Assembly: GCA_963602685.1 (NCBI GenBank)
Contig: CAVCJG010000002.1
Span: 34,547-98,546, forward strand
Origin: Eggerthellaceae bacterium
Lineage (GTDB): Bacteria; Bacillota; Clostridia; Christensenellales; UBA1242
DNA: 64,000 nucleotides
Direction of reading: 5' to 3'
The notes under the pieces are model-generated. The model did not search any database, was not told the DNA's origin, and saw only the letters and a list, made by a program, of their open reading frames with translations. Below, one piece after another: positions 25,375 through 33,789 of the stretch. A program made the translations under genes and the position numbers. Each line of letters begins with the position of its first letter. Position 1 is the first letter of the stretch.

Positions 25375-26487
25375 ATGGTTAGATTTATTAAACCCAACTT
25401 TAAAAAGAGCAATCTTAACATTTCGGCGACAATGGCTGAATTTTTAGGCGCGCCAAATTCAAACCCAACTTTGCGTGTACTTAAAAGAGAACTTAACAAA
25501 AACTACAAAAATGTTGTTTTTATAATTTTTGATGGGCTTGGAATAAATCCAATTAAAATCAATTTAGAAAAAAATGCAATTCTTAGAAAAGGGATTGTGA
25601 AGACGCTTGTTTCGACATTTCCGTCAACAACAACTAATGCAACTACATCACTTGCAACCAATACATATCCGCTTCAACATGGCTGGTTGGGTTGGAGCTT
25701 AAACTTTTCTGAGATTCATCGTAACCTAGACATTTACATGGGAAAAGATTCGCAAACCGCAGAAAAGGTTGAATATAAAATGCCGCTAGCAGACAACACT
25801 GAATACTACTTTGATAAGGCGCGCACTGACTATCAGATCAACTCAATTTTTATGCCATATTGCAAGGTAAAAAACGCCGAACAAAACACATATGTTACTG
25901 ACCATTTTCAGCTGTGTGCAAAGATAAAAGAAATTATTAATCGTCCTACAGAACAATTTGTCTACGCTTATTATGAAAATCCAGATCAGATAATGCATTT
26001 GCATGGCGTTTCGAGTGTTGAAGCAAAAAACAATATTCAAAGTATAAACGACCAAATCCAAAAACTATATGATGAGAGTCAAGATACTTTGTTTGTAATC
26101 ACAGCAGACCATGGACAAATAGACATAACTGATTACATAGAATTTTACAGCGACAAAGTATTAAACGACATGTTGGTTTGTCCGGCTTATCTTGACGCGC
26201 GCGCTGTGGCATTTAGAGTTAAAGACGAATGCAAAAAAGATTTTGCAAAACAGTTTAAAGCAAAATACGGCAAGGATTTTATTTTGTTTAAGTCAAGCGA
26301 CCTTATCAAGAAAGGCTATTTTGGTAAAAGTGGGGATAAAGGTTATTTGCTGGGAGACTACATTGCGATAGGCACTTACACAAACAAGCAGTTTTTATAT
26401 AGCAAAAATTGCACGCGTTTTAAGGGACATCACACTTCACTTACAAAAGAAATGTTGGTTCCACTTATAATGCTTAAAAAACACTAA
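25375..26487 (+). CDS. Alkaline-phosphatase-superfamily protein (phosphodiesterase/nucleotide pyrophosphatase-like)
   Basis: Motifs VFIIFDGLG, TFPSTTTNATTS (nucleophile Thr region), PDQIMHLHG and ITADHGQ. Confidence 0.65.
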   Translation: MVRFIKPNFKKSNLNISATMAEFLGAPNSNPTLRVLKRELNKNYKNVVFIIFDGLGINPIKINLEKNAILRKGIVKTLVSTFPSTTTNATTSLATNTYPLQHGWLGWSLNFSEIHRNLDIYMGKDSQTAEKVEYKMPLADNTEYYFDKARTDYQINSIFMPYCKVKNAEQNTYVTDHFQLCAKIKEIINRPTEQFVYAYYENPDQIMHLHGVSSVEAKNNIQSINDQIQKLYDESQDTLFVITADHGQIDITDYIEFYSDKVLNDMLVCPAYLDARAVAFRVKDECKKDFAKQFKAKYGKDFILFKSSDLIKKGYFGKSGDKGYLLGDYIAIGTYTNKQFLYSKNCTRFKGHHTSLTKEMLVPLIMLKKH

Positions 26488-26712
26488 GCAATCATGCTAA
26501 GAACCTTTGCAAATTAAAAAGCCAGCGAGCTCATTAAGAAAAATCTTAGTGGGCTTTTTTTTCATGTAAAAATAAATACAAAGTTTTGCCGAATGTGCTA
26601 TAATGAATTTGCGCAAAAAATTGGGCCATGAAATAATGATGGACAATTAATGTAAACAAAAAATAGATGAGAAATTGATTTTTGCGTGTTAAAGTTGTTA
26701 AAAGGAGCAGAC

Positions 26713-27270
26713 ATGAAAAGAGATTTAAAGAGAGAAGAAGAGTTAAGAAAAAATTTCAAGCAGTTTGTTTTTGACCTAGCAGACTATTACGAGATTAATC
26801 GCGAAACAGACATTCGAAATTCTGGCGACAGAATTTGCGATATGCTTTTTGATGAGTTGACTTGTGGCTATTATCAAAATCCTGACAAATATTTAAAGTT
26901 TTTTGATGCGCAATTTCAGCCAACACCGCTGGTGATTGAAGATATTCCAGTTAGAAGTTTATGCGAACACCACTTCTTGCCATTTTATGGAAAGGCTAAA
27001 ATCGTAGTTAAATACAAAGAAGGGGCAAAGGTGCTGGGCTTGTCTAAATTTTTCAGAATCGTTGACAATTTCTCACGCAAATTTCAACTTCAAGAAAGGC
27101 TGACAAACGAAATTGCAGACTATCTTCTATCGCATTTAGACATTGAAGGTTGCATAGTAGAAATCAACTGCCAACACGATTGCGTTAAAGTGCGTGGCGT
27201 CAACAGCGAATCTGGGAACACAAAAACTGTTTGCGCGCGCGGATGCTATAAGGATACATTGCAAATTTAG
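26713..27270 (+). CDS. folE: GTP cyclohydrolase I
   Basis: CEHHFLPFYGKAKI active-site motif. SD AAAGGAG lies before ATG 26713. Confidence 0.85.
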   Translation: MKRDLKREEELRKNFKQFVFDLADYYEINRETDIRNSGDRICDMLFDELTCGYYQNPDKYLKFFDAQFQPTPLVIEDIPVRSLCEHHFLPFYGKAKIVVKYKEGAKVLGLSKFFRIVDNFSRKFQLQERLTNEIADYLLSHLDIEGCIVEINCQHDCVKVRGVNSESGNTKTVCARGCYKDTLQI

Positions 27271-27360
27271 TGGCAAAAAGTCGCAGCAAAATATAAGGGG
27301 TCAAACGATTTTGTTTGGCCTTTTTTATTGCGTTTTTTTGTTTAGCCACAGGCTTAACGT

Positions 27361-27389
27361 TTGACAAACGAAGTTAAAAAGAATATAAT
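27361..27389 (+). promoter_or_regulatory. Consensus sigma-A promoter TTGACA-N17-TATAAT
   Basis: -35 at 27361-27366 and -10 at 27384-27389, upstream of the AbrB-like/ABC operon. Confidence 0.6.
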
Positions 27390-27391
27390 TA

Positions 27392-27418
27392 AAGTAAGAA
27401 AAGTAAGAAAAGTAAGAC
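27392..27418 (+). repeat. Three tandem 9-nt repeats AAGTAAGAA / AAGTAAGAA / AAGTAAGAC in the 5' UTR
   Basis: The repeats are directly visible. They start 3 nt after the -10 box and end 8 nt before the SD AAGGAGG. Confidence 0.85.
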
Positions 27419-27437
27419 GAAATGCCAAGGAGGAAAT

Positions 27438-27644
27438 ATGGAAGGAAAAGACGGAAAATATATTTGGACAGCAAAAGTTAGCGACAAAGGGCAGATTGTA
27501 ATTCCAAAGCAAGCGCGTGAGGTGTTTGACATAAAAGAAGGCGACACTCTCATTTTGTTTGGCGACAAAGAAAAGGGAATTGCGATTGCAAAATATGATG
27601 AATATCTTGCGTTTGCCGATGCAATATTTAAAGCAGGGAAGTAA
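27438..27644 (+). CDS. AbrB/MazE/SpoVT-family DNA-binding protein (68 aa)
   Basis: GQIVIPKQAREVFDIKEGDTLILF is a swapped-hairpin barrel (SpoVT-AbrB) motif. Confidence 0.8.
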   Translation: MEGKDGKYIWTAKVSDKGQIVIPKQAREVFDIKEGDTLILFGDKEKGIAIAKYDEYLAFADAIFKAGK

Positions 27645-27649
27645 AAAGT

Positions 27650-28363
27650 ATGATTGAAATTCAAAACTTAACAAAAAAGTTTTCGAAGTTGACAGCCGTT
27701 GATAATGTTAATCTAAAAATCGAAGACGGAAAATGCTTTGCACTTTTGGGACTTAACGGTGCTGGGAAAACGACTCTTATAAGCATGCTTTCGACATCGT
27801 TAAAACCTTCGCAAGGAACAGCAAAGTTTGACGATTTAGATTTGATCAAAGACACTGGCAGCGTTCGAAAAATCATAAACATATCGCCGCAAGAAGTGGC
27901 AGTGGCCAAAAATTTGACTGTAAAAGAAAATTTAGATTTGATTGCTTCGCTTTATTCGTTGCAAGATAAAGAGCGCAAAATCGCTCAAATCATAAAAGAA
28001 TTTGACCTTGAAGAAAAGCAAAATGTATTGTGTAAAAAGTTAAGCGGTGGGCAAAAGAGAAGACTGAGCATAGCGCTTGCAATCATATCGGAACCTAAGA
28101 TTTTGTTTTTAGACGAGCCAACACTTGGACTGGATGTAAAAGCGCGAAATGTTCTTTGGGAAATAATTGAAAAGTTAAAATCAAACATGACGATAGTGCT
28201 AACTACGCATTATCTTGACGAAGTCGAAAAACTCGCCGACACGATTGCAATTATGAGCAAAGGCAAAATCAAGACTTGCGGAAGTTTGGATGAAATTTTA
28301 AAAAGCACCGAAAGCAAAAATTTAGAAGAAGCATTTTTAAAATTGACGGAGGAGGAAGCATGA
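27650..28363 (+). CDS. ABC transporter ATP-binding protein
   Basis: Walker A GLNGAGKTT, signature LSGGQKRRL, Walker B ILFLDEPT and an H-loop TTH. Confidence 0.85.
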   Translation: MIEIQNLTKKFSKLTAVDNVNLKIEDGKCFALLGLNGAGKTTLISMLSTSLKPSQGTAKFDDLDLIKDTGSVRKIINISPQEVAVAKNLTVKENLDLIASLYSLQDKERKIAQIIKEFDLEEKQNVLCKKLSGGQKRRLSIALAIISEPKILFLDEPTLGLDVKARNVLWEIIEKLKSNMTIVLTTHYLDEVEKLADTIAIMSKGKIKTCGSLDEILKSTESKNLEEAFLKLTEEEA

Positions 28364-29091
28364 AAAAATTATTCGCTCTTTCGAAACGTAACATAAAAGA
28401 AATGCTCCGCGATCCACTCAGTCTTGTGTTTTGCATAGCCTTTCCAGTTTTAATGCTTGTGATGATGCAAATTATTTTCAAGAACGTTGAATACATGCCC
28501 GAAAATTTTGAAATCAAAAACTATGCGGCGGGAATCTGTGTTTTTGGCTATGCGTTTACGGGACTTTTTGTCGCGCTACAAATCACTGGCGACAAATCAA
28601 ATTCGTTTATCAAACGCATCAACATTTCGCCAATTTCACCAGTGACATATTTGCTGAGTTTTCTTGTTTCGGCACTGCCTGTCACATTTGTTCAGACGAT
28701 ATTGTTTTATGCGATCGCGCTGATCTTCGGCTTTCCATTTGACATCAATTTGCTTATCAGCATTTTCTATTTAATCCCATCGGCAGTGATGTATATTTCG
28801 TTTGGAATATTGGTCGGAAGCCTTTGCAAAAACGAAAAACAAACCGGTCCAATCACTTCAATTTTCATTTCGCTTGCAGGAATTTTCGGCGGCGTGTTTA
28901 TGCCTCTTTCATCATTCAAAGGCGGCTTTGCTGAGTTTGTGAATTTGCTGCCTTTTGCGCATTCTGTCTCAATCGCAAGTCAGTTGCCACAACTCGGAGC
29001 GGCGTGCATTTATCCGCATATTCTATTTTTGATTGGATATATTGCCGTTGCATGGATTATTATTTTTGTAACAAGAAAAATTAAAAATTAA
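28360..29091 (+). CDS. ABC-2-type transporter permease
   Basis: 243 aa with about 6 TM helices. ATGA overlap with the ATPase gene. Confidence 0.75.
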   Translation: MKKLFALSKRNIKEMLRDPLSLVFCIAFPVLMLVMMQIIFKNVEYMPENFEIKNYAAGICVFGYAFTGLFVALQITGDKSNSFIKRINISPISPVTYLLSFLVSALPVTFVQTILFYAIALIFGFPFDINLLISIFYLIPSAVMYISFGILVGSLCKNEKQTGPITSIFISLAGIFGGVFMPLSSFKGGFAEFVNLLPFAHSVSIASQLPQLGAACIYPHILFLIGYIAVAWIIIFVTRKIKN

Positions 29092-29113
29092 CACTAAAAC
29101 ATTGAAAAATAAT

Positions 29114-29142
29114 AAAAAAAGCAGCAAAAATGCTGCTTTTTT
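29114..29142. terminator. Bidirectional terminator between convergent genes
   Basis: A-run, GCAGCA-aaaa-TGCTGC, then T-run. Confidence 0.6.
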
Positions 29143-29158
29143 AATGTTTTAAGTTAAA

Positions 29159-30154
29159 TTATAGCAATTCAACGTCATGTGCTTTGCAATCTTTAACTGT
29201 TGCTTCGTCCCAATAAGACGCTTGAACTTCGCCTATGTGTGCTCTTCCTAAAAGTAACTGACAAAGTCTGCTTTGGCCGATTCCGCCACCAATAGTAAGT
29301 GGAAGTTTGTCTTCTAAAATCATCTTGTGATAAGCATATTTCATGCGCTCTTGCTTGCCAGATTTTTCGATTTGTTTAACCAGCGAATCTTTGTCAACTC
29401 GGATGCCCATGCTTGAAATTTCAAGCGCCATATCAAGCACTTCGTGATAAAACATAAGGTCGCCATCAAGTGCCCAATCGTCATAATCCGGCGCACGCAA
29501 ATCGTGTGGCTGACCATCTGAAAGAACGTCACCAATTTGCATGATAAACACTGTTTTGTATTTTTTGACGATTTCATATTCGCGTTGCTTTGGAGTAAGT
29601 GAAGGATAAAGATCCAGCAATTCTTGTGTGGTTATGAATTTCACATCTTCGCAAATGTCAACGCCGCTAAAGCCTTTTGCCTGCAAATATTTGCTTGTGT
29701 CGCAAACAGCCTTAACAATTTTTTTAACTGTTTTTTGCAAATAAGCAATCGTGCGGTCGCGCTTTAAAATAACTTTTTCCCAATCCCATTGGTCAACATA
29801 AATGGAGTGTGTTTCATCCATTTTGTCGTCACGGCGGATTGCGGTCATGTCGGTGTAAATGCCTTTGTGAGTGGCAATTTGATATTTCGCCAAAGCAAAG
29901 CGTTTCCACTTTGCAAGAGATTGAACAATTTCAAGTTCTTTCCCGTCTTTTAAAATGTCAAAGCAAACTTTTCTTTCAACTCCGCTTAAATCATCTTGGA
30001 GTCCCGACTCTTGTGTCACAAGAAGTGGGGCAGAGACGCGAGTTAAATCAAGGCGTTTTGCAAGTTCCTTTTCAAATTTGTCTTTAATAAGTTTTATATA
30101 TTTTTGTTTTTCCATTACGCTAAGTTTTGCGTATTTATCTTTTATAATTTTCAT
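29159..30154 (-). CDS. asnA: Aspartate--ammonia ligase (asparagine synthetase A)
   Basis: 331 aa. AsnA-type class-II-synthetase-like sequence (GGGIGQSRLCQLLL near the C-terminus). SD AAGGAG. Confidence 0.9.
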   Translation of the reverse strand: MKIIKDKYAKLSVMEKQKYIKLIKDKFEKELAKRLDLTRVSAPLLVTQESGLQDDLSGVERKVCFDILKDGKELEIVQSLAKWKRFALAKYQIATHKGIYTDMTAIRRDDKMDETHSIYVDQWDWEKVILKRDRTIAYLQKTVKKIVKAVCDTSKYLQAKGFSGVDICEDVKFITTQELLDLYPSLTPKQREYEIVKKYKTVFIMQIGDVLSDGQPHDLRAPDYDDWALDGDLMFYHEVLDMALEISSMGIRVDKDSLVKQIEKSGKQERMKYAYHKMILEDKLPLTIGGGIGQSRLCQLLLGRAHIGEVQASYWDEATVKDCKAHDVELL

Positions 30155-30241
30155 TGTTTTTTCTCCTTAAATTTTTTTGATTTTTATTTTTTTTGTGTGT
30201 GAAAGCCTGTGCATTTAAGGATAAAAAACAAAGCATGATTT

Positions 30242-30316
30242 TTAACTTTTGCGTTTAATCCTTAAATGTAAAAAATTATTATTGTCTTCGCCCGCTACGG
30301 CATTTTTCTTTTTCAT
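30242..30316 (-). CDS. Candidate leader peptide 2 (24 aa, MKKKNAVAGEDNNNFLHLRIKRKS)
   Basis: SD AAAAGGAG lies 8 nt before the ATG. Three consecutive AAT Asn codons are present. Codons 17-20 are part of an 11-nt segment complementary to downstream sequence. Confidence 0.5.
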   Translation of the reverse strand: MKKKNAVAGEDNNNFLHLRIKRKS

Positions 30317-30350
30317 AGTAAAATTCTCCTTTTAATTTGGTATATAAAAA

Positions 30351-30379
30351 AGCACCTTCCTGAGTTTCAAGAAGGTGCT
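30351..30379 (-). terminator. Terminator/attenuator hairpin between the two leader ORFs
   Basis: On the minus strand, AGCACCTTC-ttgaaactcag-GAAGGTGCT is followed by TTTTTTAT. Confidence 0.6.
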
Positions 30380-30409
30380 GATTTATTGATTTGGTTTAAT
30401 TAAATAGCA

Positions 30410-30478
30410 TCAAAAAGAAACCCACTGATTTCGTGTGTTTGAGTTGTTTGAATTGTTGCTATTTAAAATTCTAAACAT
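30410..30478 (-). CDS. Candidate leader peptide 1 (22 aa, MFRILNSNNSNNSNTRNQWVSF)
   Basis: SD AAAGGAGAG lies 6 nt before the ATG. 7 of 22 codons are Asn. It sits directly downstream of a consensus-like promoter. Confidence 0.5.
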   Translation of the reverse strand: MFRILNSNNSNNSNTRNQWVSF

Positions 30479-30491
30479 TTTTGTCTCTCCT

Positions 30492-30531
30492 TTGACATTT
30501 TTATAATATGCCATAAAATTGTGTTTGTCAA
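30492..30531. promoter_or_regulatory. Interdigitated divergent promoters bounded by inverted TTGACA hexamers
   Basis: Minus strand: TTGACA (30531-30526)-N17-TATTAT (30508-30503). Plus strand: TTGACA (30492-30497)-N16-TAAAAT (30514-30519). Confidence 0.5.
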
Positions 30532-30732
30532 CTCTTTTTTTTAAAAATTTATGCGCAAAAAAACGCAATCGCCATTTTCTTTTAAAAAATAAGGGCACAA
30601 AACAATGCAACCGATTGCATTTTGCGGCCAACTTGTGCTATTATTTTTATGAGCAAAGAATATGCATTTAATTGCAGCTATTCACATTTCTTAACAATCA
30701 ACAAAAAACTTAAGCTATAAAAGGAGAACCAC

Positions 30733-31524
30733 ATGAATCTTATCTTAACAAGCTGCTTAAATTTTTATCATAAAGATAATGATGGCAAAAAAATAGCACA
30801 AAATTTTGGTAATGAAAATGGTATAATGAATCTCATTAAAAAGTTAACACCAAAACATGACAATTTTGTTTTTGTCGCAAGTTCTGAATTCGGTTACAAT
30901 GCGACAGATATTTATGCCAGTCTAACATTTGATTCTTTTAGGATTTCATTTCCTTTTAAAAATTACGTTGTTTTAGACGGAAGAACAAAAGATAAAACAA
31001 AAGAAATTATTGAAAATGCTGATTTAATCTTTTTATGTGGGGGACACGTTCCAACACAGAATAAATTTTTTCAAAACATCAATTTGAAAGAAATAATAAA
31101 AAACACAAAAGCATTGATTATTGGTCAAAGTGCAGGTTCGATGAACTCGGCCGATGTTGTGTATGCGCAGCCAGAGATTGAAGGAGAATCAGTCGATCCA
31201 ACTTATAAAAGATATCTTAAAGGATTAGGATTGACTAAAATAAGCATTCTTCCTCATTTCGAGCAATGCATAGATGATGTCGTTGACGGCAAAAACATAT
31301 TTAAAGAGATTTCTATACCAGACAGTAAAATAAGACCATTTATAGCCTATTCTGATGGCGCCTATATTTATGATGATGGAGTGCAGCAACTTATGTATGG
31401 CAAGGCATATTTGTTTGAAAATGGAAGTTATCATCTAATATCACAAGAAAATGCAGTAACAGACATTACACAACTTGTTAAAAACAAATTTTGCAAGAAC
31501 AATTGCGATTTAATTAAAGAGTAA
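30733..31524 (+). CDS. Peptidase E-like (S51 / type 1 glutamine amidotransferase-like) protein
   Basis: 263 aa. LIFLCGGHVPTQ...ALIIGQSAGSMN resembles the dipeptidase E nucleophile region. Confidence 0.6.
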   Translation: MNLILTSCLNFYHKDNDGKKIAQNFGNENGIMNLIKKLTPKHDNFVFVASSEFGYNATDIYASLTFDSFRISFPFKNYVVLDGRTKDKTKEIIENADLIFLCGGHVPTQNKFFQNINLKEIIKNTKALIIGQSAGSMNSADVVYAQPEIEGESVDPTYKRYLKGLGLTKISILPHFEQCIDDVVDGKNIFKEISIPDSKIRPFIAYSDGAYIYDDGVQQLMYGKAYLFENGSYHLISQENAVTDITQLVKNKFCKNNCDLIKE

Positions 31525-31546
31525 AACTCAAAGTTTTACTCTTTAT
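31518..31546 (+). terminator. Intrinsic terminator
   Basis: 11-bp stem AGAGTAAAACT-caa-AGTTTTACTCT spanning the stop codon, followed by TTAT. Confidence 0.6.
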
Positions 31547-31702
31547 GTAGCCGTAGCTTAGTAAGATAGAAATAATATGTAATAAAAATGCAGTTCTTTA
31601 TTTACTTGTTTTTTCGTAAGTCTTGATTAAATTTTTGAAAGTATCAAAAATTTATCAATAGGTTTGTTTTAAATCTAGTTTTAAATTTTAAAAATTTTAT
31701 AT

Positions 31703-31777
31703 GTTCTCGTAGTTCAACGGATAGAACAAGAGCCTCCTAAGCTCTAGATGTGGTTTCGATTACCGCCGGGAACACCA
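31703..31777 (+). tRNA. tRNA-Arg (anticodon CCU)
   Basis: Cloverleaf with acceptor GTTCTCG/CGGGAAC, anticodon arm AGAGC-CTCCTAA-GCTCT, T-arm GTGGT-TTCGATT-ACCGC, and encoded CCA. Confidence 0.85.
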
Positions 31778-31799
31778 AAACTAAAACAAAGGATAATGT

Positions 31800-32573
31800 A
31801 TGGATAAGTATTTAATTTTATTTGATGTTGATGGAACGCTGACTCACCGCGGGGATCATGACGTGGCAAAAACAATTTTAGACAGCATTAAAATGGCAAA
31901 ACAAAAAGGCCATATTGTTGCTATTTCGACGGGCAGGTCACTTAAAAATACGCTCGCGTTGCAAGGCAGTGAAGTGTTTGACTATATTGTTTGCCTTATG
32001 GGAACTGAAGTTTATGATGTCAAACAGAAAAGGGTTGTTTATCAATATCCAGAGCACATGAACAACGAATACATTAAGCCGCTTATTGAATATTTGATTT
32101 CAACTGGCAAAGAGTGGACGTACAAAGATTGCTATGGCGACAAAACCACTTATGACATCAGCAAATATGGCGGAAAATTTAACGCTGTGCAAGTTGACAG
32201 GGCTGAAATGGAAAACGACCTTAAAAACAACAACATTATGCAACTTCTTGCAGTTGAAGGGGCGATAACGCAAGACGTGATTGATAGATTTAAAGAACTT
32301 GACTTTATCAAGATGCCACCGGACTATTACGACATTTTAAAGAAAGGTCAAAACAAAGGCATTGCGATTGAATATTTCAAAAAATGCTATCCTGGATATA
32401 AAACCGTTGCAGTTGGCGACTCATTCAATGACATCGGAATGTTTGAAACCTGCGACATTTCGATAGCGATGGGAAACTCTGCTGACGCAATTAAAAATAT
32501 GACAACTTATGTAACCAAACCTTTAGACGATGACGGCGTGCCATACGCACTCAAGCATATTTTAAAAATTTAA
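31800..32573 (+). CDS. Cof-type HAD-IIB family hydrolase
   Basis: LILFDVDGTL motif I, STGR motif II, and GDSFNDIGMF motif IV. Confidence 0.8.
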   Translation: MDKYLILFDVDGTLTHRGDHDVAKTILDSIKMAKQKGHIVAISTGRSLKNTLALQGSEVFDYIVCLMGTEVYDVKQKRVVYQYPEHMNNEYIKPLIEYLISTGKEWTYKDCYGDKTTYDISKYGGKFNAVQVDRAEMENDLKNNNIMQLLAVEGAITQDVIDRFKELDFIKMPPDYYDILKKGQNKGIAIEYFKKCYPGYKTVAVGDSFNDIGMFETCDISIAMGNSADAIKNMTTYVTKPLDDDGVPYALKHILKI

Positions 32574-32583
32574 GGAGAGCAAA

Positions 32584-33078
32584 ATGACAGATGAAGAACT
32601 TATGCGCTTGCCACCAAAGGACTTAACAGACATGGGGATATGTCCAACGTGTTTTGATAGGGCGCACGGCGGCAAATATTTTGGAGATCCGACCAATATT
32701 CGAACCTACCAAGACCGCGACATAGAATGCTTTTTCATTTTCAATCCACGCGCTGCTGGGCACATGGCAATCAGCACAATGACCCACTATCACGACATGA
32801 GCGAAGCGCCAGATGAATTGAATGAAAAGATTATAAGGTTTGCAAAGGCTTACATGAACATTTTAAAACAGGTTTATGGTTGTGAAAGAGTTTATCTTTG
32901 CACAATGAGCGACGGACCGATGAACCATTATCACATTCAACTGATTCCACGCTATTCAAACGAAAAACGAGGTTCAACCAACTTTGTAAAACCTCGTGGG
33001 AAATATGTGTTTGACGCAGAAAAGTTCAACATGGTTAAAAAACTTATCAGTGAGTATGCAAAAAACTCTGAAAAGTAA
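32584..33078 (+). CDS. HIT-family-like protein
   Basis: NHYHIQLIPR resembles the HxHxHxx histidine triad with the third His replaced by Gln. An N-terminal CPTC pair is present. Confidence 0.55.
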   Translation: MTDEELMRLPPKDLTDMGICPTCFDRAHGGKYFGDPTNIRTYQDRDIECFFIFNPRAAGHMAISTMTHYHDMSEAPDELNEKIIRFAKAYMNILKQVYGCERVYLCTMSDGPMNHYHIQLIPRYSNEKRGSTNFVKPRGKYVFDAEKFNMVKKLISEYAKNSEK

Positions 33079-33138
33079 ATTTTAAAACTAACAAAACAAA
33101 ACTTTATAAGATCGCGATGACTTCGAGGTCTTTTTTTG

Positions 33139-33747
33139 TTAGGTTGCAATATATTTTGAAATTTCATTTCGGCGCGAGTAAGCAGTCGCAACCGCTTCTT
33201 GATGGGCCTCATCTACGCGTTTTGTGCCGTGAGTTTTGCTGAGCAGAAAATGTATGCACGTATGCCCATCCATTCCATTTCCGGAAATATAACCTTTGCC
33301 GTGAGGATAGCCGTTTATCGACGCGGCGACAAAATTACCTTCGCCAAGTTCCACCCAAACAGGTCGGCGCGCCCAACTCCATGTTCCGTTGTAAAGGCTC
33401 TTGAAAATTTCTGTGTTTTGGACATCGATTGGCTCGACGTCGGCGTGATTGTGCCCGCCGTTGCGATATACGAAATACGTTTTGCCGCTTTGAATGTCAA
33501 TTACACGCGTTTTTTGATAGGTCTTGAACATCGTGTTGACGCTTTCAAACCAGTTTAAATTTGACACGCTTACGGGCGCATTTGGCGAGTAAATTTCGCT
33601 TTCGCCTTCGTGCGAATTGTTTATGTTGTAAACATCGCCAGCAGTGATGTTTGTATACTTTGAAACAACAGGATATGGAAAAAAACAGCACAGCGTGCCG
33701 CACACAACTAAAACGATAAAAACATAAAATGGGAAAAGTTTTTTCAT
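33139..33747 (-). CDS. Membrane-anchored/secreted hypothetical protein (202 aa)
   Basis: N-terminal hydrophobic helix. PHG...GHTCIHF is faintly reminiscent of the YkuD HG...HGCIR motif, but this is not convincing. Confidence 0.45.
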   Translation of the reverse strand: MKKLFPFYVFIVLVVCGTLCCFFPYPVVSKYTNITAGDVYNINNSHEGESEIYSPNAPVSVSNLNWFESVNTMFKTYQKTRVIDIQSGKTYFVYRNGGHNHADVEPIDVQNTEIFKSLYNGTWSWARRPVWVELGEGNFVAASINGYPHGKGYISGNGMDGHTCIHFLLSKTHGTKRVDEAHQEAVATAYSRRNEISKYIAT

Positions 33748-33789
33748 TTATATGTATGTTCTGCTAAAAACAAAAATATATTTGTTTTA

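Noticed and set aside
30155-30410. T-box riboswitch upstream of asnA. I also checked upstream of alaS.
   Set aside because: There is no T-box sequence (AGGGTGGTACCGCG-like) or specifier-loop architecture. alaS has only a 9-nt gap after truA.
30410-30631. 73-aa minus-strand ORF upstream of asnA, considered as a real protein.
   Set aside because: Its first about 50 codons run through the predicted promoter. Only the last 22 codons have a promoter and an SD, so it is re-interpreted as a short Asn-rich leader ORF.
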